NCBI GenBank assembly: GCA_035997675.1
Contig: DASYIJ010000305.1
Coordinates: 1-52,466, forward strand
Reading direction: 5' to 3'
Length of the DNA: 52,466 nucleotides
Origin: Solirubrobacteraceae bacterium
GTDB lineage: Bacteria > Actinomycetota > Thermoleophilia > Solirubrobacterales > Solirubrobacteraceae
Shown: one piece after another, positions 23,708 through 31,660 of the stretch
Layout of the letters: the number at the start of each line of letters is the position of its first letter
How positions within the stretch are numbered: position 1 is the stretch's first letter
Position numbers and translations under genes: made by a program
The notes under the pieces: generated by a model
Seen by the model: the letters and a program-made list of their open reading frames with translations, nothing else
Databases searched by the model: none
Told to the model about the DNA's origin: nothing

Positions 23708-24447
23708 GCGGCGAAGCGTTCACAAGGGCCCACGACGAGACGGCCGAGGCGCTGGGCGCGTACGTCCTCGGCGCGCTCCCCGACGACGAGGCGGCGCGCG
23801 TGCAGGCGCACCTCGGCGAATGCGAACGCTGCCAGGAGGACCTCGCGGCGCTGCGCCTCGCCGTCGACGCGCTGCCCCGCGCCGCGCCGCCGGTGCAGGC
23901 CCCGCCGGCCCTCAAGGAGCGCGTCATGTCGGTCGTGCGGGCCGAGGCCGAGCTGCTGCAGGCCGCGGGCGAGGGCGCCGACCGGGCACCCGCGCCCCCG
24001 CCCCGGCGGCGCGGCCTGGGCGCGTTGCTGGCGCGGCCGGCGTTCGCCGCCGCCGCCGCGGCCGGTCTCGCGATTGCGGCCATCGTCGGCTTCGTCATCG
24101 GCGGCGGGGCCGACAACGGCGGCTCCACCCGCACCGTCCAGGCCCGCGTGCTCTCGGTGGCCGGGGCGGGGCCGACGACGAGCGCCGCGCTGCGCGTCCA
24201 GGATCACCGCGCGACGCTGATGGTGCGCGACATGCCCGAGCCGCCCGCCCGGAAGGTCTACGAGGTGTGGGTCAAGCACGGCGCGGGCGCGCCGGTGCCC
24301 GCCGGAACGACGTTCGTGGTGCGGTCGGGGGACATCCCGATCGCCCATACGGTGAAGCCGGGTGACCAGGTGCTCGTGACGGCCGAGCCCGGCGGCGGAT
24401 CGCCGGCGCCCACCAGCCCGCCGATGATCGTCGCCCGGCCCGCCTGA
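23704..24447 (+). CDS. RskA-like anti-sigma factor (zf-HC2 N-terminus, TM, extracytoplasmic RskA-type domain)
   Basis: GTGA overlap with the sigma stop. zf-HC2 motif HLGECERCQEDL. TM segment FAAAAAAGLAIAAIVGFVIGG. C-terminal KVYEVWVK...PAGTF... resembles RskA. Confidence 0.83.
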   Translation: MSGEAFTRAHDETAEALGAYVLGALPDDEAARVQAHLGECERCQEDLAALRLAVDALPRAAPPVQAPPALKERVMSVVRAEAELLQAAGEGADRAPAPPPRRRGLGALLARPAFAAAAAAGLAIAAIVGFVIGGGADNGGSTRTVQARVLSVAGAGPTTSAALRVQDHRATLMVRDMPEPPARKVYEVWVKHGAGAPVPAGTTFVVRSGDIPIAHTVKPGDQVLVTAEPGGGSPAPTSPPMIVARPA

Positions 24448-24505
24448 GAGGCCCGGAGCGCCTTCATCGAGCGCTGAGGCGCTGCTGGTAGCGTCCGCGA
24501 CCCTC

Positions 24506-25333
24506 ATGGCGACCTGTTACCGGCACCCCAATCGGGAGACGGGCGTGTCGTGCTCCAACTGCGGACGCCCGATCTGCCCGGACTGCATGACGCCGACGCC
24601 CGTCGGGATGCGCTGCCCGGAGTGCGCGCGCGAGCGCACGCCGGTGCGCACGATGCGCAACGTCGGCTCCGAGCCGGTCGTCACCTACGCCCTGATCGCG
24701 ATCAACGTCGTGGCCTGGATCGCCGAGGTCGCCGCGGCGGCCGGGCAGGTGGGAGGGGGCTGGATCTACGAGCACGGCGCCCTCTTCGGGCCGCTGATCG
24801 ACGGCCAGGGGGAGTACTGGCGCATCGTCACCGGCGCCTTCCTGCACGACTACCACCTGCCGTTCGGGATCCTCCACATCGGCTTCAACATGTACATCCT
24901 GTACTTCCTCGGGACGCTGCTGGAGCCGGCGATCGGCCGGGTCCGGTTCCTCGCGCTGTACTTCACGTCGCTGCTCTGCGGCTCCTTCGGCGCTCTCCTC
25001 CTCACGCCGCATTCGCCGACGGTCGGCGCCTCCGGAGCGGTGTTCGGACTGATGGGCGGCGCGGTCATCGTGATGCGGGCGCGGGGGATCGACCCCTGGC
25101 GATCGCCGATCGCCGGGCTGATCGTGATCAACCTCCTCCTGAGCTTCACCTGGGGCGGCATCTCGATCGGGGGTCACATCGGCGGGCTCATCGGCGGCGC
25201 GATCGCCGCGCTGGCTCTCATCGAGGTCGGGGAGCGCCCGGGGCAGGCGGCGGTGGGCTACCTCTTCTGCGCGCTGATCGCCGCCGCGGCGATCGGCGGC
25301 TCGCTCGCCGTGGCGGGCGGGTCCGGGCTCTAG
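24506..25333 (+). CDS. rhomboid-family intramembrane serine protease with an N-terminal Cys-rich zinc-ribbon
   Basis: Two CxxC pairs: CSNCGRPICPDC...CPEC. Multiple TM segments. Catalytic GASGAVFGLMG and a downstream His (GGHIGGL). Confidence 0.9.
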   Translation: MATCYRHPNRETGVSCSNCGRPICPDCMTPTPVGMRCPECARERTPVRTMRNVGSEPVVTYALIAINVVAWIAEVAAAAGQVGGGWIYEHGALFGPLIDGQGEYWRIVTGAFLHDYHLPFGILHIGFNMYILYFLGTLLEPAIGRVRFLALYFTSLLCGSFGALLLTPHSPTVGASGAVFGLMGGAVIVMRARGIDPWRSPIAGLIVINLLLSFTWGGISIGGHIGGLIGGAIAALALIEVGERPGQAAVGYLFCALIAAAAIGGSLAVAGGSGL

Positions 25334-26493
25334 CGGATCAGCTCGTCGTACAGCGCCTGCGTGCGCTCGAGCAGGCGTTCCGTGGAGAAGCGCGCGCGCA
25401 CGTCCTCGGCGGCCGCGGCGCCGAGGCGCGCGCGCAGCTCCGGCTGTTCGGCGAGGTCGTCGAGGGCCTCGGCCAGCGCCGGCGCCGACCCGGGGGCGAC
25501 GAGCCGGCCCGTCTCCCCGTCGCGCACGATCTCGGGCAGCCCGCCCGCGTCGGAGGCCACGACGCATTTCGCCGCGGCGGCTGCCTCGAGCGCGACCAGC
25601 CCGAGCGGCTCGGGGCGCGTCGAGGGCACGCACACGACGTCGGCCGCGCCGTAGAGCACGTCGAGGTCGTCGCGGAACCCGAGCAGCCGGAGGCGGTCGC
25701 CCAGGCCCAGCTCGGATCGGAGCGCCTCGAGCCCGCGCTCGTAGCGCTCCTCGCCCGGCCAGGCGTCGCCGGCGACCAGCCCCACGGCCCCGCGCTCCCG
25801 TAGCGCGGGCTCGGCGAGCGCGCGGGCGAGCACGCCCTGGCCCTTCCACGAGTTCACGCGCCCGAGCACCAGGCACGTGAATGCGTCCTCGGGCAGGTCG
25901 AGCGCCCGGCGCGCCTCTCGCCGGGCCAGCGGGCGGCGCGCCGTCGCCCCGGCCGGCAGGCCTTCGTGGATCACGCGCGCGTTCGGCGCGTCGCCGAACT
26001 GGGCACGGGCCGCCTCCGAGAGGCACGGCACGGCGTCGGCGCTCAGCAGCAGCCGGCGGTACGCCGGCCACCAGCGCGGGAAGTCGGCGTAGATCTCGCG
26101 CACGTGCCAGACGTGGGGCAGGCCCGCGGCCCGCGCGGCCGAGGCGCCGCCGAGGGTCACCGACGTGTTGCTGTGAACGACGCTTGCGCCACGGGCGCGC
26201 GCGAGGCGGGCCAGCCCCCGGGCGTCGGCGGCCGCGCGCGCGATCACGCGCGCGACGCCGGCCGGCGTGAACAGCGCGCGGCGCAGCACGGCGAGGCGGG
26301 GGCGCACGTGGACCTCGGCGCCGGCGTCGCGCAGGCCGCCGGCCAGGGGGCCCTCGTCGGGCAGCACGACGACGGCGCGGTAGCGCTCGGGGTCGAGGTT
26401 GGAGACGAGCAGCGCGAGCTGGCGGTCCGCGCCGTAGCGGCCGGCCGAGGAGTGGACGTAGAGGACGGTCCGCGCCGGACCGCGCGCGACCAT
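25330..26493 (-). CDS. glycosyltransferase family 4 (GT-B fold)
   Basis: C-terminal GT1/GT4 signature: PSTRPEPLGLVALEAAAAAKCVVASDAGGLPEIVRDGETG. 387 aa. Confidence 0.87.
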   Translation of the reverse strand: MVARGPARTVLYVHSSAGRYGADRQLALLVSNLDPERYRAVVVLPDEGPLAGGLRDAGAEVHVRPRLAVLRRALFTPAGVARVIARAAADARGLARLARARGASVVHSNTSVTLGGASAARAAGLPHVWHVREIYADFPRWWPAYRRLLLSADAVPCLSEAARAQFGDAPNARVIHEGLPAGATARRPLARREARRALDLPEDAFTCLVLGRVNSWKGQGVLARALAEPALRERGAVGLVAGDAWPGEERYERGLEALRSELGLGDRLRLLGFRDDLDVLYGAADVVCVPSTRPEPLGLVALEAAAAAKCVVASDAGGLPEIVRDGETGRLVAPGSAPALAEALDDLAEQPELRARLGAAAAEDVRARFSTERLLERTQALYDELIR

Positions 26494-26501
26494 CTACGCG
26501 A

Positions 26502-27392
26502 TCAGAGCGGCAGCGGTCGCTCGGCCGCCACCGGCTCGGGCACGAGGTCGGGATGCAGCAGGTGGGCGAGCGCCTCGAGCCCGTCGACCAGGCGTGGGCC
26601 CGGGCGCGAGAAGTACGCGGAAGCGTCCACCGCCACCACCTCGCGGGCGTCGAGGGCCTCGAGCTCGGCGCGGTGGCCCTCGGCCTCCTCCAGCGAACGG
26701 GCGGCGTCGTAGCCACAGGGCATCACGACGACGACCTCGGGCTCGGCGGCCGCGACCTCGGACCACGCGGCCGTGCGTGAGGGCTCGCCGGCGAACCCGA
26801 GCGCGTCCTCGCCCCCGGCGTACTCGATGAGCTGCGGCGTCCAGTGCCCGGCGACGAACACGGGGTCCAGCCACTCCAGCGCCGCGACCCGCGGGCGGGG
26901 CGCCCCGCGCACGGCCAGGCGCACCCGGTCGATCCGAGTCGAGGCTTCGTGCACGAGCGCGACGCCGGCCTCGCGGCGATTCGTCGCGTCGGCGAGGGTG
27001 CGCACCGTGTCGAGCACCTCGCCGACCGAGGTGGGGTCGAGCGATATCACCTGCGGCGGCTCCTCCATGCGCTCGGCCATGGCGACGACGTCGTCGTAGG
27101 CGACCGCGCAGACCTCGCAGACGGCCTGCGTGACGATCAGGTCCGGCTCGAGCTCGGCCAGATGCTCCTCGTCGAGGGCGTAGATCGCCTCGCCGCGCTC
27201 GGTGCGCTCGCGGACCGCCGCGTCGATCTCGCGTGCGCTCAGTCCGGGCTCGAGCACGTCGCGCGTGACGCGGGGAAGCTCGAGGGCCTCCAGGGGGTAG
27301 TCGCACTCATGGGTGACGGCGATAACCTCGTCGCCGAGGCCGAGCGCGAACAGCAGCTCGGTGGCCGAGGGTACGAGGGACACGATTCGCAC
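26502..27392 (-). CDS. BtuF/TroA-like (cobalamin/siderophore-type) binding-protein homologue lacking a signal peptide
   Basis: GTG 27392 gives VRIVSLVPSATELLFALGLGDEVIAVT..., the canonical family N-terminus directly at the start. The ORF-track extension to 27620 is antisense to the PCD gene. Confidence 0.75.
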   Translation of the reverse strand: MRIVSLVPSATELLFALGLGDEVIAVTHECDYPLEALELPRVTRDVLEPGLSAREIDAAVRERTERGEAIYALDEEHLAELEPDLIVTQAVCEVCAVAYDDVVAMAERMEEPPQVISLDPTSVGEVLDTVRTLADATNRREAGVALVHEASTRIDRVRLAVRGAPRPRVAALEWLDPVFVAGHWTPQLIEYAGGEDALGFAGEPSRTAAWSEVAAAEPEVVVVMPCGYDAARSLEEAEGHRAELEALDAREVVAVDASAYFSRPGPRLVDGLEALAHLLHPDLVPEPVAAERPLPL

Positions 27393-27404
27393 GGGAGCAA
27401 CGAT

Positions 27405-27683
27405 ATGGAACTGCTGAACGACGAGCAGATCGCCGAGCACCTGTCGGGAAGCGAATGGGCGCGCGAGGGCGACGAGATCGTGCGCGAGTGGAAGTTCGAG
27501 AACTTCGCTCGCGCGATGGAGTTCGTCAACGCCGTGGCCGAGGTGGCCGAGGGGGCGAACCACCACCCCGACATCCTGCTGCACGGCTGGAACAAGGTCC
27601 GGCTGTCGGTCACCAACCACTCGGCCGGAGGCCTGACCGAGGCCGACTTCCAGCTGGCCGGCGCGGTCGACGGCCTGGCCTGA
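27405..27683 (+). CDS. pterin-4-alpha-carbinolamine dehydratase (PCD/DCoH family)
   Basis: ATG 27405 with GGGAG 7 nt upstream. Translation: WKFENFARAMEFVNAVAEVAEGANHHPDILLHGWNKV. 92 aa. Confidence 0.87.
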   Translation: MELLNDEQIAEHLSGSEWAREGDEIVREWKFENFARAMEFVNAVAEVAEGANHHPDILLHGWNKVRLSVTNHSAGGLTEADFQLAGAVDGLA

Positions 27684-27698
27684 CGCCGGCGCGGCGGC

Positions 27699-28604
27699 TC
27701 AGGAGGACGTGGCCGGCGGAGCCGGGAGCTCGGCCTGGCCGGTGCTGCCGCGCTCGAGCTCCTTGGACATCATCCGGCGGGCCACGGGCACGGCGAGCCA
27801 GGCGGGAGCGACGCGGTTGAACCCGAAGAACATCTTCACGAGCGGGCCGCCCGGGATCACGCTGCGCTTGCCGCGCTGAACGGCGCGCAGCCCGTCGCGG
27901 GCCACGCGGTCGGGGTCGCGCCAGACGAACTTGGGCAGACGATCGGCGAAGAGCGGCTCCGAGGCCTCCTGGAAACCGCTGCGGACCGGGCCGGGGCACA
28001 CGGCCGTCACGGTCACCCCGCGACCCTTGACTTCCTCGTGCAACGCCTCGCTGTGCAGCAGCACCCACGCCTTGCCGGCGGCGTAGGTGCCGTTGCCCGG
28101 CAGCGCCTGGAAGGCGGCCGTCGATGACACGTTGACGATCGCGCCGCGACCGCGAGCGAGCATTCCGGGCAGCAGCCGGCCGGTCAGGTCCATGACCGCT
28201 CCAACGAGCAGCTCGACCTGCTCGAACTCCCGTGCCAGGCCGACCTCGACGAACGGGGCGTAGATGCCGAACCCGGCGTTGTTGACGAGCAGGTTGACCG
28301 CCAGGCCCCGATTCTCGACTTCCTCGACGAGATCCTCGCGTTCCTGCGGATTCCCGACGTCGGTCGGAATGACCTCCACCCGGACGCCGTGCTCGGCGCG
28401 CAGCTCGTCCGCGAGCCGCTCGAGCCGGTCCGCGCGTCGCGCCACCAGGGTCACCGAATGCCCGCGGGCGGCCAGCTCGCGCGCGAACGCCTCACCGATG
28501 CCGGACGAGGCGCCGGTGATCAGGGCTGTGGCGTGCGGTTCGGGGTCCGGAAGGGCCAAGGCGCGCGGAAGCCTACCCGTTCGCTCCAAAATCAAGCCCA
28601 TCAC
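27699..28604 (-). CDS. short-chain dehydrogenase/reductase (SDR)
   Basis: TGASSGIG, NNAG, and a catalytic S...YAAGK. Confidence 0.88.
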   Translation of the reverse strand: MMGLILERTGRLPRALALPDPEPHATALITGASSGIGEAFARELAARGHSVTLVARRADRLERLADELRAEHGVRVEVIPTDVGNPQEREDLVEEVENRGLAVNLLVNNAGFGIYAPFVEVGLAREFEQVELLVGAVMDLTGRLLPGMLARGRGAIVNVSSTAAFQALPGNGTYAAGKAWVLLHSEALHEEVKGRGVTVTAVCPGPVRSGFQEASEPLFADRLPKFVWRDPDRVARDGLRAVQRGKRSVIPGGPLVKMFFGFNRVAPAWLAVPVARRMMSKELERGSTGQAELPAPPATSS

Positions 28605-28661
28605 CTCGAGATGCGGTTGCCGCTTGCGACCCCCTCCACCGGCCGCTAGCGTTCATCTGCG

Positions 28662-29336
28662 ATGGCGGGGGCGGCAGGGACGCGCGCCGGGCACGCGGCG
28701 CTCATCGAGGACCTCACGCGGCGTGGTTTTCTGCGTCGCACCAGTGTGCTGGGGCTGAGCGCCCTCGTGGCCTCGGCGGTCCCCTTCACGGAGCGGGTGT
28801 TGGACCCGCCGCCGGCCCTGGCCGACGTGAATCTCCTCGACGCCACCCTGCAGGCCTTCGCGGACACGATCCTGCCCGGGCGCAAGGCGACGACGACGGA
28901 CCTCGGGCACGCGATCCATCCGCTGGCCATCGCCGGTGTGGACCCGCAGCCGGGCGCGGTCGAGACGGACGCCCTGGCGCTCTTCCATCATCCGCTGATC
29001 GGGTTCGACGCGCTCGAGCCCGCCCTGCTCGCGGACCTGTCCACCCGCTCGCTGCTCCTGGGCGCGGACTTCCTCCACCTGCCCTTCGACAAGCGCGTCG
29101 GAGTGCTGGTCGCCGGGCTGGCCTTCGACAACCCGTCTCGCGCGGTGTGGGAGGCGGCCGCCGCCGTCCCCTTCACCGCCTTCTGCGCGGCCGCCCTCGT
29201 GCGCAACGCCACGGCCGCAACGGCCTCCGGGTACCAGGTGATGGGGCTGCCGGGCATCGCGCCCAACGGCTACCGCGCCTTCAGCTACGGGAAGAAGCTC
29301 GCCCGGGAGCGGACGAAGCACGGGTACCTGGGTTGA
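28662..29336 (+). CDS. twin-arginine-signal protein, probable small subunit/escort of the adjacent GMC oxidoreductase
   Basis: Tat motif TRRGFLRRTSVLGLSAL near the N-terminus. Its stop overlaps the GMC start by 1 nt (TGATG). Confidence 0.7.
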   Translation: MAGAAGTRAGHAALIEDLTRRGFLRRTSVLGLSALVASAVPFTERVLDPPPALADVNLLDATLQAFADTILPGRKATTTDLGHAIHPLAIAGVDPQPGAVETDALALFHHPLIGFDALEPALLADLSTRSLLLGADFLHLPFDKRVGVLVAGLAFDNPSRAVWEAAAAVPFTAFCAAALVRNATAATASGYQVMGLPGIAPNGYRAFSYGKKLARERTKHGYLG

Positions 29337-31087
29337 TGCCCGAGCGCGTCGACGTGCTCATCTGCGGCTCGGGCTTCGGCGGCTCGATCACCGCGTTTCG
29401 CCTCGCCGAGCTCTACCACGCGTCGGGGGCCGACCCGCGCAACATCGTCGTGCTCGAGCGGGGGCAGCGCTACAAGCACACCGAGTTTCGCCAGTCGATG
29501 GACGTCGAGCACCTCTCCGACGTCTACAACCTCATCCAGGGCCAGGGGGCGCAGATCGTCGTCGCGAACGCGCTCGGCGGCGGGTCGAACCTGTACCTGG
29601 CCGCGTCGCTGCGCGCGCCGACGGAGACGTTCGAGCGCCGCGACCACCGCCCCGGCGACGGCCCGGACCGCCGGATGTGGCCCGCCCGGCTCTCCCGGCG
29701 CACGCTCGATCCTTACTACGCGCGCGCCGAGTTCGGGCTGCGGGTCAACCAGCCGGGCTGGAAGGACGTGTCCAAGTCCGGCGGCCTGTGGGCGGCCACG
29801 CTGGCGGCCTCCGGCTACACCTGCGATCGCGTGCCGCTCGCGATCTCGCCCAAGCGCTGCGTCAACGCCAAGTGGTGCCACACCGGCTGCGTCTTCGGGG
29901 CGAAGAACTCGCTGATCACCAACTACCTTCCCAGCGCCGAGCGCCTCGGCGTGCGGGTGCGGCCCAACCTGCAGGTCGAGTCCGTCCGTCAGTCCTCGGC
30001 GCGTCCGTACCGGTTCGTGGTGACGGTCTCGTCGATGGACAACGGCGGCGCCAACCCGACGCGCCAGCCCTCCGGCGCCAAGCAGGAGATCGAGTGCAAG
30101 GCGCTGGTGCTCTCCACCGGCGCGATGGGCAACGCGCCCATCCTGATGCGCTCGCAGAACGATCTCCCGGCGCTGTCGAAGGAGGTCGGCAAGCACCTGG
30201 GCGTCAACGGGGACCACGTCGCCGCCATCGAATACGACCCGGCCAAGGTCCGCCAGCTCCTGCGCCTGCCCGGCTACGCGGACTTCCACAAGGGCAAGCC
30301 GATCACGACGATGACCTACGACTTCTGGGTCGGCCGGCGCGACCACGCCTACGACGGCACGCGCTTCAACCTCCAGGAGATCTTCCTCTCGTCGCTGACC
30401 AACTTCCTCTACGACGACGGTCGTGAGCCGTCCGGCGATCCGTCGTGGTGGGGCCTGCAGAAGAAGCAGGCGGTGGCGCACTGGGCCAACCGCATCGAGC
30501 TGCTGGCGATGGTCGAGGACACGCACGACGGCCAGTTCTACGGCGCCCCTCCGACCGGCGGCGGGGCGGTGCGCCCGAACGCCGGGCCCGTGGCGATCGG
30601 GACCTTCAACTACGTGCTGTCCGAGCAGTCGGTCGCGGTTCGCGAAGCGGCGAACGCGGCGATGAAGAAGATCGCCGAGCGCCGGGGCCTGGGCCGGTTC
30701 ATGGCGCTGAGCGAAACCCAGGGCGCCTACGCCTCGCATCCCCTGGGCGGGTGTCGCATGGCGGACTCTCCCGATCTCGGGGTGACCGATGACACCGGCG
30801 CGGTCTACGGCTACGAGGGCCTGTTCTGCATCGACTCGTCGATCGTCCCGACGTCGCTGGGCGTCAACCCATCGCTGACGATCGCCGCCGTCAGCGAACG
30901 CGCCGCCGATGCGCTCGTGATTCGCGGCGGCGGCCTCGGCCTGCCCGCGCGGCCGGCGGGCTTTCGTCCCGGCATCCCGAGCGAGATCGTCGGCGAGCGC
31001 GTCGTGCCGAAGGGCGGGCCGACGGCACCGGCGAAGCGCCGCAGGAAACCGAGACGACGCAGGCCGAGGCGCAGGCGGAAGGCCTAG
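29336..31087 (+). CDS. GMC-family FAD-dependent oxidoreductase (cholesterol-oxidase-like) with a polybasic C-terminal tail
   Basis: ATG 29336 gives VDVLICGSGFGGS (FAD GxGxxG). C-terminal HPLGGCRM. The tail reads KRRRKPRRRRPRRRRKA. I see no signal peptide. Confidence 0.85.
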   Translation: MPERVDVLICGSGFGGSITAFRLAELYHASGADPRNIVVLERGQRYKHTEFRQSMDVEHLSDVYNLIQGQGAQIVVANALGGGSNLYLAASLRAPTETFERRDHRPGDGPDRRMWPARLSRRTLDPYYARAEFGLRVNQPGWKDVSKSGGLWAATLAASGYTCDRVPLAISPKRCVNAKWCHTGCVFGAKNSLITNYLPSAERLGVRVRPNLQVESVRQSSARPYRFVVTVSSMDNGGANPTRQPSGAKQEIECKALVLSTGAMGNAPILMRSQNDLPALSKEVGKHLGVNGDHVAAIEYDPAKVRQLLRLPGYADFHKGKPITTMTYDFWVGRRDHAYDGTRFNLQEIFLSSLTNFLYDDGREPSGDPSWWGLQKKQAVAHWANRIELLAMVEDTHDGQFYGAPPTGGGAVRPNAGPVAIGTFNYVLSEQSVAVREAANAAMKKIAERRGLGRFMALSETQGAYASHPLGGCRMADSPDLGVTDDTGAVYGYEGLFCIDSSIVPTSLGVNPSLTIAAVSERAADALVIRGGGLGLPARPAGFRPGIPSEIVGERVVPKGGPTAPAKRRRKPRRRRPRRRRKA

Positions 31088-31491
31088 TCCGGCTTCGGCG
31101 CGGGCGGCGCGTAGCGGTGGTGGAGCATGAGTGCGTTGCCATCCGGGTCCTTGAAGAAGGCCATGAAGCAGACGCTCGTATCGAGCGTGTCGGCCGCGAA
31201 CGAGACGCCGCGCGACTCGAGCTCGGCGCGGGCGGCCTCGATGTCCTCGACGTGCAGCGCGATCGGGACGGTCGTGGGCCGGAACTCGATGTTCAGCGTC
31301 TCGGAGACGACGACGCTCAGCGTCAGGTCGCCGGTTTCGAACTCGGCTCCGACCGGCGCCTCGGTTCCTCGCTGGTACACGGCGGAGCGCGGCAGGCCGA
31401 GCGTGGTGCCGTAGAACTCGCTCGCCGCCTCGAGGTCCTGTGTGGGCACGGACACGAAGTCGACGCCGGTGACGGGTGTCGAAGGACTCAT
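31084..31491 (-). CDS. VOC (glyoxalase/bleomycin-resistance/dioxygenase) family protein
   Basis: ATG 31491 (MSPSTPVTGVDFVSVPTQDLEAASEFYGTTLGL...FFKDPDGNALMLHH). 135 aa. Confidence 0.82.
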   Translation of the reverse strand: MSPSTPVTGVDFVSVPTQDLEAASEFYGTTLGLPRSAVYQRGTEAPVGAEFETGDLTLSVVVSETLNIEFRPTTVPIALHVEDIEAARAELESRGVSFAADTLDTSVCFMAFFKDPDGNALMLHHRYAPPAPKPD

Positions 31492-31660
31492 GGGTGAGGC
31501 TCCTTTGGTCGGCGGGATCATTCCGGGGCCACAGTGAACCCGATGACCGTCCCGTGGGCACCCCTGGTACCGTTCGCCGCGTCGCCTCGATGAACGACGA
31601 CGACCTTCCTCGAAGTAGCGGCGGCCGACGAGCCTCGGCGCCGCCCGGAGTGACCGGCGC

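Noticed and set aside
24464-26716. 750-aa minus-strand ORF
   Set aside because: It overlaps the rhomboid gene in antisense, and the GT4 and BtuF-like genes out of frame. The Arg/Pro/Ala-dominated translation has no motifs. GC-driven shadow frame.
29285-31561. 758-aa minus-strand ORF
   Set aside because: Antisense to the GMC oxidoreductase, which has clear FAD and GMC motifs. The translation is low-complexity Arg/Gly/Ala. Shadow frame.
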